DNA of 50,730 nt, the filler included, from Catajapyx aquilonaris (Eukaryota): NCBI GenBank assembly GCA_000934665.2. It is 3 parts of 3 records of this genome, joined end to end, with 100 filler letters (N's around TTAATTAATTAA, not from the genome) between each part and the next. Parts side by side here need not be neighbours in the genome. Positions count along the whole stretch, not along the records: positions 33,730 to 50,730 come from KZ539645.1; 2 more parts are not named here. One strand, 5' to 3'. Under the pieces are notes generated by a model. It saw nothing but the letters and a program-made list of their open reading frames with translations, made no database searches and was not told the origin of the DNA. Of this stretch, positions 37,754 to 50,349 are shown in pieces. The position numbers and the translations under genes are program-made. Numbering within the stretch: position 1 is the stretch's first letter; every line of letters starts with the position of its first letter.

Positions 37754-38345
37754 CTGGGTAGTCCTAAGACCCCTCTTGGGGTATTGCACAAACCTTTATT
37801 ATTAACTTAATGTACACTTGTACACGACTGGAACCTTTAGCGAAGCGCACGGGCCCACGGGCAGGGATCAGTGGGAGGGGATGTGCAATGTGCAGTGCAA
37901 TTACTCATATGCTACATTTTGTGAACTCCTCCAGGTGGATTAGTCTATAGGAGATTCCACCCGAGATGAAACCAGACAATGACCCAACTCTGCACGAGAT
38001 GAAGGGGGGAATGCCCAGGCTTGGGATCGAACCCGGGACCCTTACATCAATGGGCGTGAACATTGCCGCAGCGCCACTCCACATCCCCTACATTTACCCT
38101 CACTTCTGCCTTAGTCCATGTGACCAACACTCTCTGTCTGGCATGACTTTTCCTGGAGGCATATGGGCGGGTACGCTCGGCTCGCCACTCTGTCTCATCC
38201 AATGGCTGCCGTGCCTGCACATACGCTGTAAGAAGGCGCCTATCCATCCTGTAAAGTACCGAAAAGATCGACGCATCTGCTCATGCTCGTTTTTATCCTG
38301 TCCATCGCATGGGGTCGAAACTGTAGCACCACAAGACTTATTTTC
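37440..38345. repeat. Diverged inverted repeat (arms about 37440-37671 and 38101-38345) enclosing a SINE
   Basis: gccagacagagagtgttggtcacatggactaag vs cttagtccatgtgaccaacactctctgtctggc. Confidence 0.8.
37672..38090 (-). mobile_element. tRNA-derived SINE with an (ATT)n tail
   Basis: Minus-strand A box TGGCGCTGCGG and B box GGTTCGATCCC at about 38075-38022; long (AAT)n run at 37672-37753. Confidence 0.7.
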
Positions 38346-38584
38346 CAACTAATCCTCGTATTAAAATGTGGTCCATGTGAAATCTGCACTATGCTTTCTT
38401 GCCTTTCACCAGTTCTGGGTCCCTTGATAATTATAGTTATTACTTCATTTGTGTTTTAAAATTAATGTGCAACTGAATGGCAGGAATGATATATTCAAAA
38501 TACAGCAATCACACATTCTTGTGATATGCTTTTGTATTTTTAAATATAAAAAAGCATAAAACAAATCAGCCTGGAAGAGAAAAA

Positions 38585-39379
38585 TCATTGGATATAATCC
38601 AATTTGGGGGCTCTGAGTTCATCTACTTGGAAGACTCCCTTCTCTGTTATAATCCCACCAGTGATCAGGTCTGCTGGAGTCACATCAAAGGCTGGGTTCC
38701 ACACATCTATACCTAGTGTATGGAATAACATCACAATGAATATTGTACACTAACATTCAAGTGAAGGGATGTTCTTAAAATATATTTTTTTCACATTCCT
38801 GTGTAGTTAATTACACAAAGCAGGCTTACCTGGAGCAGCCATCCTCTTTCCACGGATATGGGTCAGTTCCTCTGCAGGTCTTTCCTCAATGATGATCCCT
38901 TGTCCACTCTCAAGGTCAAAATCAATGGAAGAAGTTGGAGCAGCCACATAGAAGAGGACACCATGGTGAAGCGCAGCAAGGGCCAGCTGGAACAAGATCA
39001 TTCAAAGAATTAATGACATGCCTCATTACATTACACAAAATCACCATACCTGATAGGTCCCGATCTTATTGGCAGTGTCGCCATTGGCTGCTACCCTGTC
39101 TGCCCCTACCACTACTGCCCAGCTTCCTCCTTCTCCACTCTTCAGAAGTGTTGACACAGCTGAGTCACACAGGAGGGTGGCTGGAATGCCTTCATGCACA
39201 AGCTCAAATGCAGTCAGTCGAGCACCCTGACAATAGGGGCGAGTCTCTGTGCAATAAGCTCGCTCCAAGGCACCCATCCCATGGAGATAACGAACAACAC
39301 CCAAAGCAGTCCCATATCCAGCAGTTGCCAGGGAACCGGTGTTGCAGTGGGTCAGAATGCATACTTTGCCATCATTGCC
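38585..39379 (-). CDS. MRI1: Methylthioribose-1-phosphate isomerase, last three exons (39379-39050, 38986-38830, 38712-38585)
   Basis: [85 protein letters not shown]; canonical GT-AG junctions in frame; upstream exons not found in the window. Confidence 0.95.
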
Positions 39380-40110
39380 CTGTGGAAATAAAATAATTGT
39401 AATTGCTAGGATTATGTGGATCCTGTACACTAGTGGAAAAAAATTGCCTTGTACCCCAGCTTCAAGCAACTCACATGTGGGCACCAGCTGATTCATGCAT
39501 GCTTCCACCCATGTGTGTCTGCCTGGCCACTTGGTGCTACATGCAGGGGTACGAGGCAGTGTTTTCCAGAGCTATACCACTAAAGTGGACTAGCTTGTTT
39601 GTCACCATTTGAAGTGGAGAAGGTATTCAGTTTATTCTGTCAATGTGAGGCTTGATCGAATGCCATGGTGATATAATGACTAATGAGTAAAAGTATTTTT
39701 TCATGACTTGCAGAGGAGGGCTGGCCAGACCAAAAAGGCCTATTTCCAACAATACTTGCATGTTTTGTTATCATCACAGTCTCATAATACTCAGGTCTAG
39801 TCACTCCCCCTCATATTGCATTCAGGGGGTCGATGGGGTGGTAATGCGGTAGGTGGCCTGTGGCGACGGGAGCACTGATAAGGGCAGTGGCTGCTGCAGC
39901 TCTTGCCACGAACCTAGGGGCCAAAGATGCATTTAATAGAAGACACGGTAGAAAGGAGCCCCGCGAGGCATCGCGGCAAGGGCTGCAGCCGTGACCACCT
40001 ACCGCATTACCACCCTGTTGACCCCCTGAAGGGGGATTTATATACGAGAGATAGAGCTGGGGTATAAAGGTCAGGGGGCTGGTTATCACTCATATTGGCA
40101 AAAGTGGTTA

Positions 40111-40933
40111 CATTAAAACTTCTATAAGTCGAATCTCCATGGGACTGGGAAAAAACTTCAAGTTATAGAAGATTCGAGTTAGAGAAGTTTGCCTTTTTTT
40201 AAGCACATAACTCTATAAGGAAGGCTACCTTTATATCCAGCGACGAAAGGTGTTCAAAACTTAAAAATAACTGTCACTATCACACTTGCAATTATGTTCT
40301 TTGTTGTTTTGTTGTAAACAATCTCAGTTTTGGACATTTGCATTCAAGGATTCAATTGTCACAATCGAGTCAAACACTTCTTTCTGTAAGTCTGGTAGAC
40401 GGAGATCAGGAAATTGAGCCTTTCTGTACATGTAGACTACTCTCGACCCTTCGGCTGGGAAATGTGAAAATTTTCCGTACTCGCCAACATGAACTTGGAC
40501 TTAGGGAGACTGAAAATGCATTGATATCCCATAGTAAGGCCCTGCCAGCACTTCGAGTTATGGAGAACTTCAAGTTATAGAAATTCGAGTTAGGGAAGTT
40601 TATTTCCTACTCTTTTACATTGTCACGTCCCGCTCACCAGGGGGTTGGGATGACCTAGTTCTTCTCCCCCTGGTGGGTGGGGCCCCATGGGAAGGAGCCT
40701 CCCGCTCCTTCTCCCCCGCTTTCTATGCACACTCTTTAGAGAGTTGTATTCCGGTCCTAGCTTAGGCTGGTTGTCAATAAACCTGTGTGACTGAACCTAC
40801 CTAATATTTATTGAGTAGCCGGCGCATACGACAAGTCATCGTCGTTACAACATTGTGACCAACCAAGTTCATCGTTTTCTTCGACTTTTGAGAACTTCGA
40901 CTTAGGGAAGTTCGACTTATAGAAGTTTTACTG
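40111..40933. mobile_element. pogo/Tc1-type MITE
   Basis: TA-CA(T)TAAAACTTCTATAAGTCGAA ... TTCGACTTATAGAAGTTTTACTG-TA, with internal TTCGAGTTA repeats. Confidence 0.8.
40621..40849 (+). mobile_element. Solo LTR (229 bp) nested in the MITE
   Basis: TGTCAC...GTTACA termini, 4-bp TSD ACAT (40617-40620 and 40850-40853), internal AATAAA. Confidence 0.8.
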
Positions 40934-41199
40934 TAACTTACTAAGCAGTTTTCTAGAGAGTGGAAGTGTCATAGGCTGTCTCATCCATGCTATATTGGAC
41001 TATTTGATTGATGCTAATCATCTTGGATAACTATAGGCTACGAAAAAATAACACATCTACATCATATGACTTTCCAGAGACTATAGAACATTGTCTGAGT
41101 CATTATGAAACACCCAGTATAATGAATAGATGTTTGAAAATGATGTCACGCGACCCTCTGTATCCCCACCTGTGGCACTGTTCCTGTAGTAGAATTAAC

Positions 41200-41345
41200 C
41201 TGGAACCAGCAGTCCATCCCTGATCTCTGATCAGGGAATCGAACTCAGGACCTTTGTTTTTTTTTTGGTTTTTTTTCCTCCAGCAGTTAGGACCTCTGGA
41301 GTGGAAGTCTCTGGTGCTACCACTACCGAACCGTACTGCCATGTA
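41200..41345 (-). mobile_element. tRNA-SINE head interrupted by a tiny poly(A) insertion
   Basis: B box GAGTTCGATTCCC on the minus strand; aggacct duplicated at 41247-41253 and 41289-41295 around a T-rich tract. Confidence 0.55.
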
Positions 41346-41954
41346 ACAACAACAACAATCATCATCATCTCTATTGATAATTATCTTTGCAGGGAAGTCC
41401 CCCTTTGGAAGCTAATGTCCAGCAGCAGATTTTTTGATAACTGATGTTGTGTCTGTGCAAAAGTAGCTGCCTAAAAATAAAAAGCTTGGTGCCAAATATT
41501 GCTAACCACTACTTTCATGATGTCAAACTATTCCAATCTCATTTTCTCGCGGTTCATACAGAAAGGCACAGTTTTTAGCAGGTTATACTTGTTGCTGCCA
41601 CCATCCCATGACGTTACATGGTGATCCAGTACATTCGGTGGCATAAATGGAGACAGATTTTCCCACGTTAACGTCATGAACTCCTGAAATGTAGGCTGGT
41701 TATTAGGATCATCCTCATCAATGTCCAACAATGCAGGTTCAGTGCCGTGCTGATGACTACTATACTCAAAGCTGAGCTGTCAATTTATGGGCTGCATAAG
41801 AGTGTATAACATACATAATGCAGAGCGCCTTTACAGGGTTTTTGTCAAAGGTTGCACTCCAACTAGAATTAAGGATTGATTTTGAGAATTTGGCTGCACT
41901 ATACGGAAATAACAGCATCCTAATAATTCCAGATAATAACACTAATACGCAAGG

Positions 41955-42945
41955 TTTTGTTGTTTTGAAATGGAAATGTCTATCTGAACGGGTTTTCTCT
42001 GCAGATTACGAAAATGACATGGAAAATCCGTACCACATCTAGTTTTCGAGTTACAGGGTGTGTCATAAATTCACATGGGTATGTCCACATGTCCACCGCG
42101 TGACATGGATGGAGTTGACCTACAGCAACGTCCTTACACTCATGCTTGTTGCGACCACCAAGTTTCATTCCGATTGCATCATTCCACTGGGAGTTATGCG
42201 CCTCAGAAGGTGTAAAAGTGTGGGTCGGAGGTGCATATCGGTGAACTTGCGGGCATCAAATTAAATCATAATTATGTAATGAATCAAGATAACATTAATT
42301 GTGATATTGTACGAAGAGTAGGTGGCGATGCTCTATCATACGCCATCATCAAATAAAGTGCAGGACAATTCCAGATGGATCAGGAGCGTTTGGAAGAGAC
42401 CCCCACCCATGCACAAAATGTGTAGTGTTGCATACTTTGCGCCTTCCCGATAAATTGCCTTTTGTGCATGGGTGGGGGTCTCTTCCAAACACTCCTGATC
42501 CATCTTGAATTGTCGGGCACTTTATTTGATGATGGCGTATGATAGAGAATCACCACCTACTCTTCGTACAATATCACAATTAATGTTACCTTGATTAATT
42601 AGATCATTATGATTTTATTTGATGCCCGCAAGTTCACTGATATGCACCTCCGACCCACACTTTTACACCTTCTGAGGTGCATAACTCCCAGTGGAATGAT
42701 GCAATCGGAATGAAACTTGGTGGTCGTAACAAGGATGAGTGTCACAACAATGTGGTGCAAAGAAGTTGCTGTAGGTCAACTCCATCCATGTAGAGCAATG
42801 GACATGTGGACATACCCACGTGAATTTATGAAACACCCTGTAACTTGAAAACTAGACGTAGTACGGATTTTTCCATGTGATTTTCGTAATCTGCAGAGAA
42901 AATCCGTTCGGATACACCTGTTTATTTCGAAACAACAGAAAAAAA
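41955..42945. mobile_element. Foldback (near-complete palindrome) DNA element of about 1 kb
   Basis: Arms pair from about 41955/42945 inward to a centre near 42440. Confidence 0.9.
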
Positions 42946-43012
42946 GTCAAAAAATGCAGATCAGTGTAATAGGTGTTATTCGGGGCATCAAGCAAATAAT
43001 TGTTCGGCTTAA

Positions 43013-43397
43013 CCCTTTGACGACTATGGACATCATATGAGACATTCCCGGACAAAATAGCATATCATAAAATAACGTAAACAACGGCTTTGGCGTTACC
43101 TGGAAAATGGGTGTGTTCGGACGTCGGCATATAGAGTGTGCTTAGCATTCTTTCTATTGTTGCCACTGTTTACAGGTAGCGATTGATGCTGTGTGACCTA
43201 GCGACAGGTCTAATGCATGGCATCGGAATAAGCGGGCTGCGACCTATAGGTCGCCCAGCATCAATCGCTACCTGTAAACAGTGGCAACAATAGAAAGAAC
43301 GCTAAGCACTCTCCATATGCCGATGTCCGAACATGCCCAGTTGCCAGGTAATGCCAAAGCCGTAGTTTACTTTTATGATGCTATTTTGTCCGGGACT
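43013..43397. mobile_element. piggyBac-type palindromic MITE, right end truncated by a LINE
   Basis: TTAA-CCCTTT start; arms 43047-43200 and 43242-43395. Confidence 0.75.
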
Positions 43398-43399
43398 GT

Positions 43400-45660
43400 A
43401 CAGTAGATGGTACAGTATGGCTTTCGCCGGGGCATGGGGGTCATAGAGGCCATGGAGAATCTGATACGAGGCGTTCGCGAAAGTCGGGCTGATGGAAAAC
43501 ATGTCCTGTTGGTTTCATTGGACATACACAATGCCTTTAACAGTCTGCTGCACAAAAAGATCTAGGAACAACTGGAGATGCAGGGCTGCCCGGTGGGACT
43601 GTTGAAGGTGGTTGAGGGTTTCTTAGGACCGCGTCGTCTCATACACGATGGCGGAGAGCACATGATGGATAGAGGTTGCCCGCAAGGCTCCAGCTTGGGC
43701 CCCACGCTCTGGATCCTCGCAATGAATAGTTGGTTCGCAAGGGTGCGTAAGAGAGGGTTCGGGCTCATTTGGTCCCAAGTCTATGCAGACGATCAGGTTC
43801 TTCGCATCGCGGGGTCCTCTCTTAGGGCCATTGAGATGGCTTGGAAGGACTTAGTACCTGTGATTTTGGAATGGGCGCGTGATCTGGGGCTGGAGTACAA
43901 CCCCAGGAAGACTGAGGCCCTTTTCTTTCCAGGTAAGAAAATCGAGAGTCGCCCGGTCATTCGGTTCCAGGGCAGCAGGATTAAGCCGAAGCAGAACATC
44001 AGAATACTTGGCCTCCGAGTTGACACGGCCCTTTCTTGGCTTCCGCACGTAGATGCTAGCATCGCCAAGGTACGGAAGGTGGCCATGCGGCTCTGGACGG
44101 TGGCCAGGTACCGCTGGGGACTAGCTCCGAGCAGGCACCGAATAGTGGTGTTCGCTATACTACCCATGCTTCTGTATGGGGCTGAGATTTGGGGGGAGCG
44201 GGCCCTAGACTCCAGGGTCCGGAGACGTCTTGTTTCGGCATTGAGACCTTTCCTGATCTCGGTCACAAGGTCTTACCGGACCACTCCGACAGAGCTACTA
44301 TATGTTTTTGCCGGGATTCTTCCCCCCGATCTGCGCGCCAGGGCCATCTGGGAGACGAGAGCTACCTATTTGCAGCAGGTGGAGAGGGGAGAATCGAGTG
44401 GCTTGTACGAGGTTGGACGCTTGATGCCTCCTTGGAGTTGGAGGGGGCGAGATATAGGCATTTGGACCGGGATGCCGGAAGGGATGGTTGCCCTGTTCTT
44501 CACGGACGGCTCGGTTTCGGCCGCGGGTGCTGGTGGGGCGTCGTTCTCTCGAACAATCACCAACATGTGCTGGGAGTGAGGAGCTTCCGCTTTCAATCTG
44601 GGGCTACGATATACCAGGTAGAGCTGGCCATGATACTGCAGGCCATTCAGTGGGCCAGAGAGTTGCACGCGCGTGGTGAACATCCTGTGCTGATAGTGTC
44701 GGACTCCATGTCGGCCTTGCAGGCCATATGTGACCACCGGACGCGGGAACCCATGGCCGTCAGGGCACAATGGATCCTCTCTGAGATGGGCCACGGTGTT
44801 AGCCTGGCCTGGGTTAAGGCTCACGTGGGTGTGGAAGGCAACGAAGCTGCGGATCGAGAGGCCAAGAAAGCAGCCGGATTGGACGCCCTTGCACTTTCCT
44901 TTTTGCCGGAGACCAAATCTGCTATTGGAAGTCGTTCTGTGGAGGTGGCTATGGGGAGATGGCAGACTCGTTGGGGCAAATCTTGGAGTAAGCAATACTT
45001 CCGGTACCTCCCTGAGGCTAAGCAGTGTGGCGCCACACGCGTTCAGGGGCACATGGCTCGGGTGGTTTCGGGGCATGGGCCTTTTCTCTCTTATTTGATC
45101 CGCTTTAGATTGCGCGAGGGCGAGGGTGGGTGTCCCTGCGGGAGGGGGCGGCAGACTCCTGATCACGTGTTGTGGCACTGCAGGACGCCGGAGCTGAGGG
45201 AGGCCCACTCCGGGGTGATGCGGCTGGCCTTGCGGAGCGGTGCTGGCTGGCCCCCTTCTTCAAGGATGCTCATGGGAGCTCTTCTCAGGAGCTTCAATTC
45301 TCTTTGTTTGGCGGCTGATGCTTGGCTCCGGGGGATCAATGGATGAATGTGATGTGTCACCGTGCGGTGAGCTCCGTCGCCGGCGGAGTTTTAATGTGTA
45401 CTGGTTTAGTTCTCTTGGTCCCCCTCTCTTGGTTCTCTTGGTTCTCTAAATCTGAGGTGGTGAAGGGTTTCGCTCTAAATTGTATGCGTCTCTGCGCGTT
45501 TTAGTAATTGCTTTTGTGGTTGCGCCGTAAGGGTTTTTGGTTTTCGGTTTTATCCAGGTTTGTTTGGCTCTTCTTGTTTGTTTATAATGTTGTCACTATT
45601 CGGTGATTAGTTGCTGATGGAGCCAGGGGCTGTAGATGGCTATGCCGGGTAAGCCCCCTT
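43400..45660 (+). mobile_element. 5'-truncated R1/I-group non-LTR retrotransposon with RT, RNase H and a CCHC knuckle; one stop (43563) and one frameshift (about 44545)
   Basis: QYGFR, SLDIHNAFN, GCPQGSSLGPTLW, YADD, FFTDGS, WVKAHVGVEGNEAADREAK, SGHG, CPCG..HVLWHC. Confidence 0.93.
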
Positions 45661-46329
45661 ATATACATATCTAATACTAAAGTAGATGGGCCAATTGAGG
45701 GAACGATATATTGTATCTTTGACCCGAAGTAGCGCTTGATCTGTAAGTCACAGGGGTCAACATGTGGGGTTTTTCAGAACCAGCTATTCATGCCCGTTCC
45801 ATTGGTACTGCATTTGGTGGACCTTATGAGAGAACGGTAGGCTGCCCTTTGATCCAATGTAGCGGGTAACCTGATGATTTTCAGATCTTGGCGCAATGTT
45901 AACAATTGATTACCATCTTATTTTCTACAATATAAAAAATTGGAAGAATTTAGCCGAAAGCCATTTCCCATAAGGATGGTGCCATGTCCATATGTTACAA
46001 AAATTGGTCCTCATCTGAAACCCCCAGGAAAAATCTAGAACTGTACGTCGCCCATCTTGGTTCAGACTGCCGCCATTCAAACACGAAAAAAAAAATTAAA
46101 AAAAATTTGCAACAATGCCAATACATGAAAATTATTATATGGTCTCCATAGTACCAATGTATTGACATTGTTGCAAAGAGAATTCTAGAGGCTAGACTTG
46201 TCTTTCTCACGCTCTCTGTTCCAGTTGGCTTGGTTAACGGTGCAGTTGGGTCTGTACTCAGTGTTCCATACCACCCCGAATAGCCACCAGAAGTTAAATC
46301 CGTAAGAATTAAATTTTCTTTCGGTCAAG

Positions 46330-46625
46330 ACTTAATACTGGTTAAAACCGATCAAGAGCAAATTTCAAATTATGGCAAACGCATTCATCCATAGGAAACA
46401 GTTCTCCTTAACAACAGCTGACGGCATCACGATTCATAAGAGCCAGGGTTTGAGCTTATAGACAGTGCCCTTATGAATTTTGTGTCGTCACTACTTTTCT
46501 GTTGTGGTCAAAAGTATGTGGCCTTGTCTCGAGTCAAAAAAATTAGATGGAATTCATCTAATCAACTTTGATCCCACTCAAGTTAAAGCTAACGATAAAG
46601 CCATTTAATTGAATATAACAGACTA
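46330..46625 (+). mobile_element. Pif1-family helicase C-terminal remnant (Helitron-type)
   Basis: RKQFSL...ITIHKSQGLSL, GQKYVALSRVK, IHLINFDP..VKAN; frameshifted. Confidence 0.8.
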
Positions 46626-46681
46626 ACTTGTAAGACTTAAATTCAGGCTGGACCTTTGCAGTTTCCCATTCACTCATTCTA

Positions 46682-47254
46682 AGGCTGGGTTCACACTAGG
46701 CGTTTTCGTCTCGCGGCTTTTTCAAGTCGCTGAAAACAAAACACATGCAAACATACGGAGCACGACACACCACGACTTTTTTCCTGCTTGGTCGTCGCCA
46801 AACGCACCATGCTGCGTTTTTGCTGCCTCAACTGGACGTGCAGCTGGAAGAACACATGGTTACCAGTAGGCGCAGACACACCTGGCGACAAAATCGCGTG
46901 AAAAGTGAGATGTGGGAAGAGGACTCAGGAGGGGAAGCACACTGGCATTGAAGACGTTCGACACGGAGCGCATGGTACTAGCCGTGCAAGAATGGATAGA
47001 GCTGTGTCCTGTCCGTATAATTACTCATCGAATGTAGTGATGGACATTCGAAGAACTTCTCTGGAAATTGTCTGAGTCTGTGGTACAGATGGTGGGATTG
47101 TCCCTCAGAGATTCTCTTCATGTTCAGTGGGTGCCCCCAATGTCCTCGTTCCTCTTAATTTTCTTGGGGCGCGTTGCTACAGCAATGCAGACCAACTCGA
47201 GCACGTACCTCATAAGCGTCAGCGATGAAAACGCGGCAACAAAGTCGCCGGCGA
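46682..47254 (+). mobile_element. PIF/Harbinger-type element remnant
   Basis: TAA-GGCTGGGTTCACACT terminus; RM**WTFEELL resembles the N-terminus of Harbinger transposase; right end lies in an N gap. Confidence 0.45.
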
Positions 47255-47778
47255 NNNNNNNNNNNNNNNNNNNNNNNNNNNNNNNNNNNNNNNNNNNNNN
47301 NNNNNNNNNNNNNNNNNNNNNNNNNNNNNNNNNNNNNNNNNNNNNNNNNNNNNNNNNNNNNNNNNGAAAAGGAGGGGGGGGGGGTGTCGTCGTGGACAAT
47401 ACTCATAGTCCAGTGCATTTGGTCGGTTTTTACACAAAACCTCGACATTTAGATATACTAAACGAAACTTCGGGTGTATGTTCGATTGGCCCCCCTGAAC
47501 AATATCTGAAAGTTCCCGAGTGATCCTGCATGGATTACCCTGCAATCCTGCAAAAACTGTAACATACTTGCAGTTTTCCTTGAACCCAGATAGAAAACGA
47601 ACGCATGGACTGGGACACTTGATGTTATCAAGGTTTTCAAGGAATACCTCACAGAACAATAGGAGTAAACAGTAGCAACAAAAAGCAGCAATGAAAGAAA
47701 CGATGACGTCAATCCTTGTCTCGTTTTCCATACATTATTCCGAAGTGAGTGTAAAAAATCAAAGTGGAGAACATTTTA

Positions 47779-47936
47779 CAGTCAAATTCCGATAACTCAA
47801 ACCACCATGGGACCGAGAAAAAAATTCGACTTATCGAAATTACATTATGGTATGTGGGGAATCCGCCTCGTAAGATTTTATTCGACTTATCGAGAATTTC
47901 GAGTTATCGGTATTCGAGTTATCGAGATTGGACTTG
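47779..47936. mobile_element. Small pogo-type MITE nested in the left arm
   Basis: TA-CAGTCAAATTCCGATAACTC ... GAGTTATCGAGATTGGACTTG-TA; absent from the right arm. Confidence 0.7.
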
Positions 47937-48469
47937 TACCGTACTAACACTGTTTATTCCTTAAAGCTTAAATTGATCATGGAATTTACTTTCTGAAATC
48001 TTGGACTATACAAGGGAAGCTATACGTAATGTTTTACGTTTAACTGAGACGGCGTCGATGAGCTGCTGGTGGAGCCGAGTCTGCATCTGCTTCCAGTTCA
48101 TCTACACCAAGAAAGTCCACTTCCTGTAATATTCACCATCGGGGTCGTCATCATGCGGTTACTGCAGCCATGGCCTACAGCCCTACACAATTTCCACACG
48201 TATTTGAGCATTGCAGTAGTTGCCTTTTACAGCTGCAGTTTGCTGATTCACACCCTCTGGAACAGTTACATGATATTAGCTTGAGAAATTTATGCAGTTG
48301 GGGGAGGCTTGAGGCTAGTCACTGGGACGAGATGGCCATTTTTAGTTCTCCATCCCCAATGTGTGGGTGCAAGTTCACTCCTCTCCATTTCTGCACGCTG
48401 CACCTGTAGGTATGTCCTAAAAGAATGTTGCCAGGCTGCCGCGGATGTAGGAGGAAGTGTACCAAGATC

Positions 48470-48702
48470 AAAGTTCGGACCACATTTTAGAGGAAATTCG
48501 GACATATCTTGGACAAAAGTTGGACGACATTTTTGAAGAAATTAGGGTCACATTTGAGATGAAATTTGGACCACATTTTGGACAAAATTCGGATCACATT
48601 TGAGAGTGAATTCGGACATACGTGTATTTTGGAGAAAATTGGGACCAGCACATTTGAGAGAATACTTGGACCACATTTTGGACGAAATTTGGGTCACATT
48701 GT
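48470..48702. repeat. Degenerate minisatellite, unit about 22-23 bp, about 10 copies
   Basis: Consensus near AAATT(C/T)GGACCACATTTTG(G/A)(A/G). Confidence 0.8.
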
Positions 48703-49099
48703 GATTTTTGAAATTTGATTTAGAGGCACCTACTGCAACAACGCCAATGATGAGGACATGGTTGATGACGACCCCGATGGTGAATTACAAGAAGTAGACT
48801 TTCTTACATGAACTGGAAGGAGATGCAGACCTGGCTCCACCAACAGCTCGTCGACACCGTCTCAATTAAACGTAAAAAAATTAAGTAGCTTCCCTTGTAG
48901 TCCAAGATTTAAGAAAGTAAACTCCATGATCAATTTACGGAATAAACAGTGTTAGTAAAATGTTCTCTGCTGTAATATTTTACACTCACCTCGGAATAGA
49001 ACGATTCATTCTCATCTAAACAGAAACAGACAATAATTTGGGGGATGGGGGAGGGGGGGGNNNNNNNNNNNNNNNNNNNNNNNNNNNNNNNNNNNNNNN

Positions 49100-49158
<59 letters not shown>

Positions 49159-49400
49159 GATACCCCGTGATAGGCCCCTTGGGCCTCTTAGGGGAACATC
49201 TTTTGAAAACCAGACTTTAATCATTTGCCTGAAATGTGATGGATTTTAATAGTCGGAGGAAACGGGAGAACCCCGAGAAAACCCACGCGAACACGGAGAG
49301 AACCCATCGAAACTCTATCCACATAAGTATCCTCCGTCCGACCCGGGGATCGAACTCGGGACCTTAGAGGTGGAAGGCTGCGGCGCTAACCACTCCTACG
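49100..49400 (-). mobile_element. tRNA-derived SINE with a V-SINE-like central domain and an (ATT)n tail
   Basis: B box GAGTTCGATCCC, then GTTCTCTCCGTGTTCGCGTGGGTTTTCTCGGGGTTCTCCCGTTTCCTCC. Confidence 0.75.
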
Positions 49401-49513
49401 CTTATACGTGCAGTACAACAATGTGTGCCGTTTGGATGCACGGTTGTTAGAGTATATCCTTCCTATGGTTGGACCGTCCGGCTAGTGGGCGGTGATTGGT
49501 GGAGGGGGAAAAC

Positions 49514-50280
49514 GTCACGGGGAGGATAAATTCAAACTGGATAGGGCTTTCCATGCAATGTCATGCACTTTACGTAATTATTTTCACACACTTCTAAGTG
49601 AGCTAAAAATTTGAGAATTGGCAGACCTGTAACCCAGACATCCAAGACAACATCAAATGTCCCGAATCACACATTTTCGCCCTGGGGCCAGCCCACGGGC
49701 GAAAGTTCTTAGGCAAGGCAAAAAAGGCATAATTCCCTTCTTGGCTAACCGAATGACACAAATTGGCACACTGAACACTGACATTGAAATGAAAGCAGTG
49801 GTAAAAGTACGAGAACCTAATCGCTCTGCTTCGGGGCGGCCAAGAGGCTTGCATAAAAGTGGGGAGAAGCGCAGAAATTGTTAGAGGATACTAAAATAGA
49901 AGTACTTCATGACTTTATTGTTTATTGCCATTGCCAACACCGACGATAATATTTTCAGATATGATGAAGTATGATTTTGTTAAAGATTATATTAGTATTT
50001 TACGTCAGTACAAGTTAAGTGCAATAAAGGATGAAACATAATAAGACTGCAGTGGTATTTTGACAATATTTTGGCACATCAGGCTTTTGTTTCAGAAGTA
50101 GCTGCCTTGAAACCAATCAGGAAAAGTGGACATCTGCTTACCGTATATTGGGGGCCTAAATAAGAAAATTAGATTAGATTAGAAGAAAATAGAAAATAAG
50201 AAGTGGAAGAAATCTGCCGTTTAATTTTTTATCGCGGATTTTGCAGACATTGCCACGTACATAATAATAATAATAATAAT

Positions 50281-50349
<69 letters not shown>

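Larger units (their letters stand above)
47736..48998. mobile_element. Academ-derived element with long inverted arms and a Cys-rich C-terminal coding remnant (48170-48460, minus strand)
   Basis: LPPTSAAAWQHSFRTYLQVQ..WGW..LVPV..CNCSRGCESANCSCKR..CSNTCGNC; arms 47736-48153 vs about 48763-48998. Confidence 0.65.

Noticed and set aside
37448..37810. PolyI/N/L ORFs (also 49012-49224)
   Set aside because: Translations of (AAT)n SINE tails
48470..48702. CRISPR-like array
   Set aside because: Degenerate adjacent units without unique spacers, eukaryotic context, no cas genes
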